A stretch of 64,000 nt of DNA from a candidate division WOR-3 bacterium (GCA_023129165.1 JAGMCL010000133.1:10668-74667), one strand, 5' to 3'; positions 36,981-46,828 are shown, counted from the stretch's first letter. The notes: generated by a model not told the origin, from the letters alone. Numbers and translations are program-made.

Positions 36981-38354
36981 TTATGATTTTTTGTAATACT
37001 TGTCAAGGTGCTCATCCCTTATCCTTTTCAATTCCGCCCTGGGAAACATCGATAGAAGTTCCCAACCAAGATTTAGTGTGGTTTCTATATCCCTATCTTC
37101 ATAATCATCCTGGGATATATATCTTTTTTCAAACTCGTCTGAGAAGTTCAAATATAGTATGTCCATATCAGATAGTGCCGCCTCACCAAGTACGATTGAG
37201 AGTTCCTCTGCCTCCTTACCTCTTGAATAACAAGCAATCAATTGATTAAAGAGGTCTGCATGATCCTCTCTTGTTTTACCCTCTCCAATTCCTTTATCCT
37301 TAAGTCTTGAAAGTGATGGTAATACATTTACAGGCGGAAATACCTTCTTTCTAAAAAGCCCTCTTCCAAGTAGAATCTGCCCTTCTGTAATATATCCAGT
37401 TAAGTCAGGAATCGGATGAGTTTTATCATCCTCAGGCATTGTAAGAATCGGAATGAGTGTTATTGAACCCTTTTTATTCTTCAACCTTCCAGCCCTCTCG
37501 TATACCGAGGCAAGATCAGTATACATATATCCGGGGTAACCCCTTCTCCCTGGTATCTCTTTTCTCGCTGCAGATATTTCCCTTAGTGCCTCACAATAGT
37601 TGGTCATATCTGTAAGTATTACAAGTGTATGCATCTCGAGTTCAAAGGCAAGATACTCTGCTGCTGTCAAAGCAACTCTTGGTGTTGCTATCCTCTCAAT
37701 AACTGGGTCATTCGCAAGATTTATAAACATGGATGCCCTTGATATAGCTCCTGTCTCTCTGAAATCGTTTATAAAAAACTCAGCTTCTTCATAAGTAATG
37801 CCCATGGCAGCAAAAACCACTGAAAATTTCTCCTCTTTTCCAAGTACTTTTGCCTGACGTGCTATCTGAGCAGCTATTGAATTATGAGGAAGACCTGAAC
37901 CAGAGAATATAGGGAGCTTCTGTCCTCTTACAAGTGTATTTAATCCGTCTATTGCAGATATACCTGTCTGGATAAACTCATCCGGATAATTCCTGGCATA
38001 TGGATTAAGAGGAGAACCATTTATATCGGCTTTCACCTCAGGAAGAATCTCGGGAGCATTGTCGATGGGTTCACCCATACCATTGAATATCCTGCCTGTT
38101 ATCTCAGGTGATAGAGAAATTTCAATACCCCTTCCCCTGAATCTCACCTTTGTCTCGGGAATATCAATACCTCTTGTTCCCTCAAACACCTGTACCAATG
38201 CTTTATCTTTGTCAACCTCAAGAACCTGTCCCTTTCTAACCTCGCCATTCTTCAATTCTATCTCGCACAGCTCGGCATATTTTATCCCACTGACCCCTTC
38301 TACAAGCATGAGAGGACCTGATATCTTTATAACGGTTCTATATTCCTCTGCCAT
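36981..38354 (-). CDS. atpB: V/A-type ATP synthase subunit B
   Basis: Full-length similarity pattern to V-type B subunits ([40 protein letters not shown]). Confidence 0.92.
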   Translation of the reverse strand: MAEEYRTVIKISGPLMLVEGVSGIKYAELCEIELKNGEVRKGQVLEVDKDKALVQVFEGTRGIDIPETKVRFRGRGIEISLSPEITGRIFNGMGEPIDNAPEILPEVKADINGSPLNPYARNYPDEFIQTGISAIDGLNTLVRGQKLPIFSGSGLPHNSIAAQIARQAKVLGKEEKFSVVFAAMGITYEEAEFFINDFRETGAISRASMFINLANDPVIERIATPRVALTAAEYLAFELEMHTLVILTDMTNYCEALREISAARKEIPGRRGYPGYMYTDLASVYERAGRLKNKKGSITLIPILTMPEDDKTHPIPDLTGYITEGQILLGRGLFRKKVFPPVNVLPSLSRLKDKGIGEGKTREDHADLFNQLIACYSRGKEAEELSIVLGEAALSDMDILYLNFSDEFEKRYISQDDYEDRDIETTLNLGWELLSMFPRAELKRIRDEHLDKYYKKS

Positions 38355-38772
38355 AAACTCCCCTATTTTTTATTAATCGTTATTTGTTATTAGGTAATTA
38401 AGTAATTCTTATTAGCCACTAAGCCACTAAGACACCAAGTGTTCAAAAAATTATATATATTCTAAAACAAACAAGTTATTAAGTATACCCACTTTACTCA
38501 GTTTATTGTGTTTATTGAGTTTACACAGTTTACTCTGTTTTTGAGTTTGTTTTAAAATCCGAAATTCGCAATCCGACGGCTTCAAGTCATTAAGTAATTA
38601 AGTTATTAGGTCATTAAAGAAATAGTCAATTGTCAATTTAAAATCGTCAATCTTCAATAGGCATTCAACATTTCTTCTAATGCCACCAAGTCCGTTAGCT
38701 AACGGAAAGGCACAAAGTTTTTTATTTACTGATTACTGATAACCGATGACTTTCGCTCTTCACGCTTCCCTT

Positions 38773-38797
38773 ATCGCGACTGTGAAGTCCCTCCTAC
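38773..38797 (-). repeat. REP-like hairpin (GCGAC stem class, degenerate)
   Basis: atcGCGACtgtgaaGTCcCtcctac, inside the atpA-atpB spacer. Confidence 0.65.
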
Positions 38798-39016
38798 CTT
38801 TAATTTACTATTTTTGATTGTCGATTTACAATTGCTTTCCAATTTGTGTTCCTCAATAGTAAATATTCAATTATTACTATTCCTCCCTCTTCCCCTGTAC
38901 TAACCAACTTACCAACTAACCAACTATTCCCTCTTCTCTCTTCCCTGTTTCACCGGTTCCCCGTTTCTCGCCCTACGCCCTACGCTTTACACACTACGCT
39001 TTTCGCTCTTCATTCT

Positions 39017-39121
39017 TCGCAACGAGGACGTTGCTCCTACCATCACCTGCTTAAAAAGTATCTGTATACATCTGCCTTAATCTGCTTCCAAATTCTATCG
39101 CGACTGGGAAGTCCCTCCTAC
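39017..39121 (-). repeat. two REP-like hairpins in the atpA-atpB spacer
   Basis: tcGCAACGaggaCGTTGCtcctac (39017-39040) and atcGCGACtgggaaGTCcCtcctac (39097-39121). Confidence 0.75.
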
Positions 39122-39180
39122 CACATTAAACATTAAACATTAAACATTTAACATTTCGTTCACATTCAACCATTCAACTA

Positions 39181-40917
39181 TCAAAGCTTATCAATATCCT
39201 TCCTGAGTTCCTCTATCTTTTTTATCTTCTCCTCTTCTATATATTTCATCCTCGAAATCCGCTCCCAGATAGGGGACTTTATTATTTCATCCATTGTCTT
39301 TCCCGTCTTTAACAGAGATTGCACCTTCTTATAGAGATAAAGTATGGTTGAGAGCATCTCCTTTTGTTTCTTAATCGATGTATATGTATCAACCTCATGG
39401 AATGCATTTTGATGAAGAAAATCCTCTCTGATTGACCGTGCAATCTCAAGCAGCAATCTTTCTTCATTAGAAAGCGATTCAATTCCAACGAGCCTCACAA
39501 TCTCCTGTAACTCTGACTCTCTCTCTAAAATTATCATTGCATCCTTTATCTCTGAAGGAAATTCTTCTCCAACGTTTGCATCCAACCATTCCCTTAAAGT
39601 GTCTGAATAAAGCGAATAACTTGAAAGCCAATCTATCGCAGGGAAATGTCTTGCATTTGCGAGTCTATCCTGCAAATCCCAGAAGACCTTAACAACCCTG
39701 AGCGTTGACTGTACTACAGGGTCAGCAAGGTCTCCACCAGGTGGTGATACCGAACCAATCACAGTAAGAAATCCCTCCCTTTCAGGAGCTCCCTGGCATT
39801 TTACCCTTCCTGCCCTTTCATAAAACTCTGCAATTCGTGTGCCAAGATAAGCAGGATAACCCTCTTCACCTGGCATCTCTTCAAGTCTTCCCGATATCTC
39901 TCTCATTGCTTCTGCCCATCTTGATGTTGAATCTGCCTGTAGTGTCACACGGTAGCCCATATCCCTGAAATACTCTGCTATGGTCATTCCTGTATAAACT
40001 GATGCCTCCCTTGCAGCCACAGGCATATTGGATGTATTTGCCACAAGTATAGTCCGCTTCATAAGTGGTTCGTCGGACTTTGGGTCCTTTAGCTCAGGAA
40101 ATTCTAATAATACATCTGTCATCTCATTACCCCTCTCACCGCATCCCACAAACAGGATAATGTCTGCATCTGCCCACTTGGAAATCTGGTGCTGAATTAC
40201 AGTTTTTCCGGATCCAAAGGGACCCGGTACACATGCAGTTCCACCTTCAGCAACAGGAAAGAAGGTATCTATCACCCTTTGACCCGTATACATAGGTATC
40301 TCCGGTGGCAACTTCTTTTTGTAAGGCCTTGCCATTCTCACCGGCCACCTCTGCATAAGTGTTATCTCTCTCTTACCATTTTTAGTATCGACCATACAAA
40401 CAACATCAGTGACATTGAATTTACCCTTCTTTATATCAATAATCTTTCCTGTGATACCAGGTGGTATCATAATTCTATGCTTGACCAGAATAGTCTCCTC
40501 AACCTCACCAATTATATCCCCACCAGCAACCTCATTACCTTTCTCTTTTGTTGGTACAAACTCCCATTTATGTTCCCTGTCAAGCCCGGGAATTGCGATT
40601 CCCCTTGTGATATAATTACCTGCCTGTTTCATAATATCATCAAGGGGTCTCTGGACTCCATCATATATTGAACTTATAAGACCAGGTCCAAGTTCAACAG
40701 ATAGAGGTTCATGTGTGGGGTATACTGATTCCCCGGGTCCAATTCCCCCAGTTTCCTCATAAACTTGAATTGATGCAAGGTCTCCCTTCAATTCTATTAT
40801 CTCTCCTATTAGATTTGCCTTACTTACCCTTACTACATCGTACATTTTGGAACCACTCATACCCTTTGCTACAACAAGAGGACCTGAAACCTTTATTATC
40901 TCACCAAAATCTTTCAT
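39181..40917 (-). CDS. atpA: V/A-type ATP synthase catalytic subunit A
   Basis: Walker A GPFGSGKTV, the non-homologous region and C-terminal helices. Start at MKDFGEII has a 4-nt ATGA overlap with the atpF stop. Confidence 0.92.
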   Translation of the reverse strand: MKDFGEIIKVSGPLVVAKGMSGSKMYDVVRVSKANLIGEIIELKGDLASIQVYEETGGIGPGESVYPTHEPLSVELGPGLISSIYDGVQRPLDDIMKQAGNYITRGIAIPGLDREHKWEFVPTKEKGNEVAGGDIIGEVEETILVKHRIMIPPGITGKIIDIKKGKFNVTDVVCMVDTKNGKREITLMQRWPVRMARPYKKKLPPEIPMYTGQRVIDTFFPVAEGGTACVPGPFGSGKTVIQHQISKWADADIILFVGCGERGNEMTDVLLEFPELKDPKSDEPLMKRTILVANTSNMPVAAREASVYTGMTIAEYFRDMGYRVTLQADSTSRWAEAMREISGRLEEMPGEEGYPAYLGTRIAEFYERAGRVKCQGAPEREGFLTVIGSVSPPGGDLADPVVQSTLRVVKVFWDLQDRLANARHFPAIDWLSSYSLYSDTLREWLDANVGEEFPSEIKDAMIILERESELQEIVRLVGIESLSNEERLLLEIARSIREDFLHQNAFHEVDTYTSIKKQKEMLSTILYLYKKVQSLLKTGKTMDEIIKSPIWERISRMKYIEEEKIKKIEELRKDIDKL

Positions 40918-41246
40918 AGAGACCCCTTTCTCCCCCCCATCAAATCCACGCCACAAGCCTTTTTAACAAGATTTCTCATACGTTCACGAGTAAATCCACT
41001 TGCTCCAAGTGGTCCGGGTATTGATAGTAAACAGGGAAGTGGTTTAAAAGAAACCTCTTTAAAAATTGATTCTGCACCACTCAGAAACTTATCCGATACG
41101 AATATAACACCCACATTCTCCTCTATAAGCTCCTGTACTGTTTTGATAAACTCATGCTCAGAAGTAACCGGGTAAATCTCGACACCTACTGCGCTGAAAG
41201 GCATTATAACGTCATATTCTCCAACTGCTGCAAGTTTAGTCGCCAT
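40914..41246 (-). CDS. atpF: V/A-type ATP synthase subunit F
   Basis: ~110 aa, KLAAVGEYDVIMPFSAVGVEIYPV pattern, positioned between C and A. Confidence 0.8.
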   Translation of the reverse strand: MATKLAAVGEYDVIMPFSAVGVEIYPVTSEHEFIKTVQELIEENVGVIFVSDKFLSGAESIFKEVSFKPLPCLLSIPGPLGASGFTRERMRNLVKKACGVDLMGGRKGSL

Positions 41247-41429
41247 GATAGATTAGTAATTATGTCATTAAGTAATTAAGTTATTCTGGTTTATTTGGTT
41301 TGTTTAGTTTGTTTAGTTAAAAGACAAGTAAAAAGGAAAAAGTAAATTGTCAATAGTCAATTTAAAATCGTCAATCTTCAATTACCATTCAACATACAAC
41401 ATTTAACATTTAACATTAGACATTTAACA

Positions 41430-42446
41430 TTAGACATACGTTTCCGGCAACCTTTCTTTTAACAACTCCTCTTCTATACCATAAATGCTGGAAGTAAAAA
41501 GCATGCGTAAGATTTTAAATTCATTCTCCTTTGCATAGAAATATGTAACCACAGGCTCAACACCAAATGCAAGATATTTTGAATGCCTTGAAAAATCAAT
41601 AAAAACATCATCACAAAACTTCTCAAGTTTGAGAAAAGAACCCTTCTCAAATACTGGTGGTGCTCCCTCACTTAAGATATGAACATAAGGAGTATATTTG
41701 AAATACTCCCACACACTCTCTACTGTCTCATCGTAGATTGCCAACAATTCTTTACTGGGTATAAAACCACCATCAATCAAACCAAAAGAAAATCTTCTCT
41801 TATCTACTTTTGCCCACTTGGTTCTTATAAGTGTCTTTATATTGACAAGGTCAATGTCAATCTTATGAAGTGCGGAGATAAATAAATTACCTGACTCAAG
41901 AACCCTATCACTGCGATACTCGAAAAAACTCTTATCAAGTATAATATCCAACATTCCTGGGTCTTTGTCTATATAGTATGATTCTACTGCCTTTTCAATC
42001 CCTTCTTCATACATTGAGGGTAATCTAAAATATAATTCGTTTCTGAATATATCAGTAATCTCTGAAAGTGATATGTTGCCGTATGGTGAGAGAGATTTGG
42101 GTTCAGTCTCGGTGATTTTTGCCTTTAGACACATCTTAATGTTGTAACTATCATATTGAGATCTTAAAAACTGCATTACAGGCGGGTCTAAAATCAATTT
42201 TTCCATAAGCAAGAATAACACCTCTCTCCCCCTACTTATTATATCTTCATATTCACGAGGTAAATTAGGAAGGAGTTGTGCATAATCCGTATCTCCAAGA
42301 GACTTTAACAGTTCTTCTCCGGACATTCCCATGAGACGAGAAATTTTCTGAGAAGTAAGCAGTCCTGTTTCAAGTGACCTTATTCTTGCAACTGCATATG
42401 CATATCTCTCATCTTCACTCTCTATGTAGGGAAAACTTATAACCAT
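41430..42446 (-). CDS. atpC: V/A-type ATP synthase subunit C (d-type)
   Basis: ~338 aa helical protein with the YAYAVARIRSLE start typical of the V-type C/d subunit. Operon context agrees. Confidence 0.8.
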   Translation of the reverse strand: MVISFPYIESEDERYAYAVARIRSLETGLLTSQKISRLMGMSGEELLKSLGDTDYAQLLPNLPREYEDIISRGREVLFLLMEKLILDPPVMQFLRSQYDSYNIKMCLKAKITETEPKSLSPYGNISLSEITDIFRNELYFRLPSMYEEGIEKAVESYYIDKDPGMLDIILDKSFFEYRSDRVLESGNLFISALHKIDIDLVNIKTLIRTKWAKVDKRRFSFGLIDGGFIPSKELLAIYDETVESVWEYFKYTPYVHILSEGAPPVFEKGSFLKLEKFCDDVFIDFSRHSKYLAFGVEPVVTYFYAKENEFKILRMLFTSSIYGIEEELLKERLPETYV

Positions 42447-42569
42447 AACAAAAGATAGTCATAGGGTCCTGATGAAATAGTAAACATTCCACAGGATAAA
42501 TCTTAGAGTCATAGAGTCATTGTGTCCTTTACTCCTACCACCTATTACCTGTCACCTGTCAGCTACTTT

Positions 42570-42797
42570 TCGCAACGAGGACGTTGCTCCTACCATCACC
42601 TATCACTTTCATCATTCAACATTAAACATTAAATATCTAACATGTATCTGTATCATTTAACCAATTAACTACTCAACTAATCAACTCTTTTATCGTCCGT
42701 CAAACGACGGACTCCTACCCTCCCTTTTTGTAGGAGGGGTTTCCTAACCCCGATTAACCATAATGGGAATTTATCGCGACTGGGAAGTCGCTCCTAC
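42570..42797. repeat. BIME-like cluster of four REP-like units with four different stems
   Basis: tcGCAACGaggaCGTTGCtcctac (42570-42593), atcgTCCGTCaaacGACGGActcctac (42692-42718), forward gtaggaGGGGTTtcctAACCCCgat (42730-42754), atcGCGACtgggaaGTCGCtcctac (42773-42797). Confidence 0.8.
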
Positions 42798-42833
42798 ATT
42801 AAACATTTAACATTCATCATCCCACATTCAACA

Positions 42834-43412
42834 TTAAACATTACTCTTCCCAAACAATATCCTTACCAATTCAGTTTCTAACAATTCCCTTTTCTCCTTA
42901 ATTATGGTTCCAACTGATGCATCGATATCTTTATTTTTACCCTTTAGTATGAATCCTCTCCTTATTGGTATCTTCTCATTTGATAGTTTGAGTTTCCAAC
43001 CCTTATCCTTGTTTATCTTCTGGACGAATTTCTCATTTATTATCTTCTCATCTTTACATACAAAAACCTCTTCTTCCCCTGATTCAACAGAGTTTTCAAA
43101 AAGAGATTCTATAAGCTTCGAGTACTTATCACCCTTACAAATATCATCCACCACCTTGTTAAAAAGACTATTCATTAGTTCGTGCTTATATCCGAGTAAG
43201 GCATTTCTCTGCTCAATCTCTTTTAAACCTATTAACCTTTCAAATTCCCTTTCACCTTTTTCTTTTGCCCTTCTTTCTATTTTCTCTGTAACCTTTTTGA
43301 GTTCACGCTTTGTTGCACTATCAATCTCCTTCTTCTTCTTTTCTGCCTCTTTTATAATCTTATTACTTTCCTTTTTCGCATCTTCCAGTATTTTTTGTGA
43401 TACCTTATCCAT
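42834..43412 (-). CDS. atpE: V/A-type ATP synthase subunit E
   Basis: Lys/Glu-rich N-terminal helix (KILEDAKKESNKIIKEAEKKKKEI) plus a globular C-terminus. Start at MDKVSQK follows an AGGAG RBS. Confidence 0.8.
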   Translation of the reverse strand: MDKVSQKILEDAKKESNKIIKEAEKKKKEIDSATKRELKKVTEKIERRAKEKGEREFERLIGLKEIEQRNALLGYKHELMNSLFNKVVDDICKGDKYSKLIESLFENSVESGEEEVFVCKDEKIINEKFVQKINKDKGWKLKLSNEKIPIRRGFILKGKNKDIDASVGTIIKEKRELLETELVRILFGKSNV

Positions 43413-43417
43413 TGATT

Positions 43418-43480
43418 CTCCTGGTATAATATTCATTATACCTGATTACTCAGATATTTAACTACCTTACACCTTTATAG
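43418..43480 (-). promoter_or_regulatory. portable 65-bp leader/promoter-like element, copy 2
   Basis: Minus strand reads ...tagttaaatatctgagtaatcaGGTATAATgaatATTATACCaggagaatcaATG (atpE). Confidence 0.6.
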
Positions 43481-43559
43481 TCCAATCTAAAATCATAAAT
43501 CTTGGTGTCTTAGTGTCTTTCCGTTAGCTAACGGACTTAGTGGCATACAATTCTTATAA

Positions 43560-44045
43560 CTAAATTTTTATCCCAATATATATGATAAGGAATGAAATTA
43601 CCAGACCAAGAACTGCATATGTTTCAACCATAACCCCAAATATCACAGCCCTCATTGCTGCATCAGGCTGCTTTGCAGCCATCTCAACACCAGCAGCACA
43701 TACCTTTCCCTGATGAATCCCTGATGTGAAACAGGCTATGGCACATGGAAGTGCAGCAAATAGTATTTGTAAACCCTGTATAGTAGTGGGTATAAGAGGT
43801 GTTCCACCAAGAAGATTTAATTTGAGAATTACTATAATTGCAATAATAAACCCATAAAAACCCTGTGTGGATGGAAGAACAGCCAATAAAAATATCTTAC
43901 CAAATTTATCAGGGTCCTCACTTAATACACCACTTGCACTTCTTCCAACTATACCAAGCCCTATTGCAGAGCCAACTCCGCCCATAAAGGATGCAATAGC
44001 CCCACCTGCTATTGCAAACATTAACCCAAGCTGTTCAAGTCCCAT
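43560..44045 (-). CDS. atpK: V/A-type ATP synthase proteolipid subunit K (4-TM, duplicated c)
   Basis: Four TM helices with an ion-binding Glu in VMVETYAV. Start at MGLEQLG. Confidence 0.85.
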   Translation of the reverse strand: MGLEQLGLMFAIAGGAIASFMGGVGSAIGLGIVGRSASGVLSEDPDKFGKIFLLAVLPSTQGFYGFIIAIIVILKLNLLGGTPLIPTTIQGLQILFAALPCAIACFTSGIHQGKVCAAGVEMAAKQPDAAMRAVIFGVMVETYAVLGLVISFLIIYIGIKI

Positions 44046-44352
44046 AATCCCCCCTGTAAATAAAAAATTTTTTGGTAAACAATTTATTTTACACACATCT
44101 GGAAAAAAGATTAGAAGATATTATATATATTTGCTTCTTTTATTTTACGAGTCTAATCCCTACCTATCGACAGGCAGGTCCCTGTTAAAAGTGTCATAGG
44201 GTCGACACAGTTTATTGAGTTTAACCGGTTTATTGTGTTTACTTTTTTCCTGTCTTTAATTCGTAAATAGTCAATAGTAAATCGTTTACCCTATGAAATG
44301 AGTATCTATTTCATCGGGGTCAATTACAAGTCCCTGTCAAGGAGTCCCATAC

Positions 44353-45354
44353 CTACCAGATATCCTTCCCGATAAGAGTTACTGATAATCTGACAAATAG
44401 CTCTTCAATCTCCTCCCAGCTTCTCTTACCCGCCTCAACACCGATTGATAACTCACCCAGTCTATCCGGGTAAAGATAACTTGTTCCAAAGCATCCACCT
44501 ATCTCGTCTATATCTCTATAATACCATGAATGCAAGAATACACCACCTCTTAACGTTTTTGTACCTATCTTTTTACTCAAACTTAAACCTATATTTGTTC
44601 CAGTTGAAAAAATATTATCAACACTCTCCCACATTTCCATATCAACATTTGTTGCAATCATCCAGTCCTGACTCACTCTATAGAATAACGATATTGAGTA
44701 CTTTGGAGGAAGCTCTACATCGCTAAAGAAATGAGAATAACTCAGTGATAAATCCACCTTTTTATAACTTAATTTAAACTGGGGCCTCAATCCATATCCA
44801 TATGTTGAACTATTAATAATATAAGTTGTTTTATCATAATTGCTCGATGTAAAGTTTGTTTCCCATATTTCCTCTGTCCTTCCAAAAGTTGCAAGTCCAC
44901 CTATGCCAATACTAAAGGAATGAAATGACTTATATAAAGATATGGAAGTAATATTAATGCTTCCTGTTCCAGTAATTATCCTATCGTATCTAATATCTCC
45001 CAACTGATTATCTCTCGATTCGATATAAAAATTTTTTGAAAGTATGTTAGAGAGAGTAATGGCTACGCCAAATCTATTAGGAAGTGGAAAAAAGTAGTTT
45101 ATATCATATAAAGAGAAAGACTGATCATTTCGTACATTATCCCCATCCCTTATTTGTATGAAATCAGCAAGAAAGGTTACACTAAATGTGTTTACCTCTG
45201 GCGTCTCAAATATTCTCGCACCCGCCATTCCCCTTTCAACTGCATTACCAAAGTCTACATATTCACCATAACCCAGGGATGAAAACACGGATGCATATGA
45301 AACAATAGGAACAAACAATAAGATTAATAATAAAAATCTTAATAAAGTTCTCAT
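44353..45354 (-). CDS. hypothetical outer-membrane beta-barrel-like protein
   Basis: Signal peptide, alternating beta-strand pattern and C-terminal aromatic residue. No family recognised. Confidence 0.4.
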   Translation of the reverse strand: MRTLLRFLLLILLFVPIVSYASVFSSLGYGEYVDFGNAVERGMAGARIFETPEVNTFSVTFLADFIQIRDGDNVRNDQSFSLYDINYFFPLPNRFGVAITLSNILSKNFYIESRDNQLGDIRYDRIITGTGSINITSISLYKSFHSFSIGIGGLATFGRTEEIWETNFTSSNYDKTTYIINSSTYGYGLRPQFKLSYKKVDLSLSYSHFFSDVELPPKYSISLFYRVSQDWMIATNVDMEMWESVDNIFSTGTNIGLSLSKKIGTKTLRGGVFLHSWYYRDIDEIGGCFGTSYLYPDRLGELSIGVEAGKRSWEEIEELFVRLSVTLIGKDIW

Positions 45355-46358
45355 CTCATATCTCCTGTCTTATTCGTATAAACAACTTCAAGCATAATAT
45401 CTCTACTGAAGGAAGCTCTAAAATGTGTTCCTTCTTTACCTTCGATTATGAGAAACCTATCCTCATCGGTTATCCATTCATCCACAAACCTTGTTATCTC
45501 TATTTTTACAATAGAATCTTCCTCTATTTTATACCCTGCAGATTGGCTACCTTTGTATCTTATGGAGATTTTAGGGTTTGGTCCAAACGTGCTAATTACA
45601 GTAATATACAAGTCGGCATTATTTACAGTCGCAACATTATCAAAATCAATAATCGAATCCGCTATAAAGATACTATCCTTATATTCATAGAATCCAGAGG
45701 CGATAAAAATATCCGTAGTATCTAAATCAAAAATGGTATCTACAAAGACATCCCTAATAGGTTCTTCTATTTCCAGTAAGGGACCTCTATATAATTTAAT
45801 AATAGGTGTGAAATGTGAATCCTTTGAATAAAATGCACATCCCTCACCTTCTCCACACAAAGCTACATTAATTAAACTGTCATCGAGAACCTTATTAGCA
45901 GAAATACGGAGCAGTGTATCACCTGTCAAAGTATCTTCTATCCAGGAATATGATTCAGAAATAACGTCTGAAAGATGTGAGCTAACATACTCCCAATTAA
46001 TTATACTATCTTCCTCAAACTCACCATCAAACCTTTTCAGATATAATTCTCCATCCACTCTACTATTCACCACAAACTCCAAAATCACACTGTCATACTG
46101 TACCTTGGTTTGCGGTCTTTCAAACGAGAGAAGACTTATCACATTATCACCTGTATAAATATAATCTGATGAGCCTGTTATAGAGTTTTCCTGAAAATAA
46201 GTGTGTGTAAAGCTAACAAGACTATCACAAACTACATCTCCGACTATATCATCTATAAAATCACCGCCCACAGGGTCATCCCTGTCACATGATACCAATA
46301 TAAGAACAAACCCAATAATAAGAACCGAAATTTTAATGTCTAACATCACATTTTTCAT
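45351..46358 (-). CDS. hypothetical lipoprotein
   Basis: Lipobox LILVSC after an N-terminal hydrophobic segment. Has a 4-nt overlap with the downstream OMP-like gene. Confidence 0.45.
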   Translation of the reverse strand: MKNVMLDIKISVLIIGFVLILVSCDRDDPVGGDFIDDIVGDVVCDSLVSFTHTYFQENSITGSSDYIYTGDNVISLLSFERPQTKVQYDSVILEFVVNSRVDGELYLKRFDGEFEEDSIINWEYVSSHLSDVISESYSWIEDTLTGDTLLRISANKVLDDSLINVALCGEGEGCAFYSKDSHFTPIIKLYRGPLLEIEEPIRDVFVDTIFDLDTTDIFIASGFYEYKDSIFIADSIIDFDNVATVNNADLYITVISTFGPNPKISIRYKGSQSAGYKIEEDSIVKIEITRFVDEWITDEDRFLIIEGKEGTHFRASFSRDIMLEVVYTNKTGDMR

Positions 46359-46436
46359 TTTTTATTTTAACTCTCCTTTTTTAAAATTTACTATTTTCGA
46401 TTGTCGATTCCTGTCTACCCCCGCCAAGGCGGGGCA

Positions 46437-46521
46437 GGCGACAGGTAGATACGATTGCATTCCAATATCATTTAACCTAATCAACCAATTAACTTTTCAA
46501 CTAATCAACTCTTATCTCATT
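46437..46521 (+). repeat. 85-bp dispersed module (same as 6901-6984)
   Basis: Near-identical sequence: ggcgacaggtagatacgattgcattccaatatcatttaacc...tcttatctcatt. Confidence 0.8.
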
Positions 46522-46545
46522 TAACATTTTACATTCAACATAATT

Positions 46546-46772
46546 ATCGCGACTGGGAAGTCGCTCCTACCATCTAACACCTGAAACCTAACACCTATCA
46601 CCTTCATCATTCAACATTAAACATTTCTTCTAATGCCACGAAGACACAAAGTTTTTTTATTTACTGATTACTGATAACCGATAATTTTCGCTCTTCACTC
46701 TTCCCTTATCGCGACTGGGAAGTCGCTCCTACCATCTAACACCTGAAACCTAACACCTATCACCTTCATCAT
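46546..46772 (-). repeat. two identical ~65-bp units (REP hairpin + CTAACACCTGAAACC words) around a ~95-bp module shared with 38662-38797
   Basis: atcgcgactgggaagtcgctcctaccatctaacacctgaaacctaacacctatcaccttcatcat occurs at 46546-46610 and 46708-46772. Confidence 0.8.
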
Positions 46773-46828
46773 CCCACATTTTTCCTTTTTTCACTTTTTA
46801 CTTTTACCTTTTTACTTTTTACTTTCAT

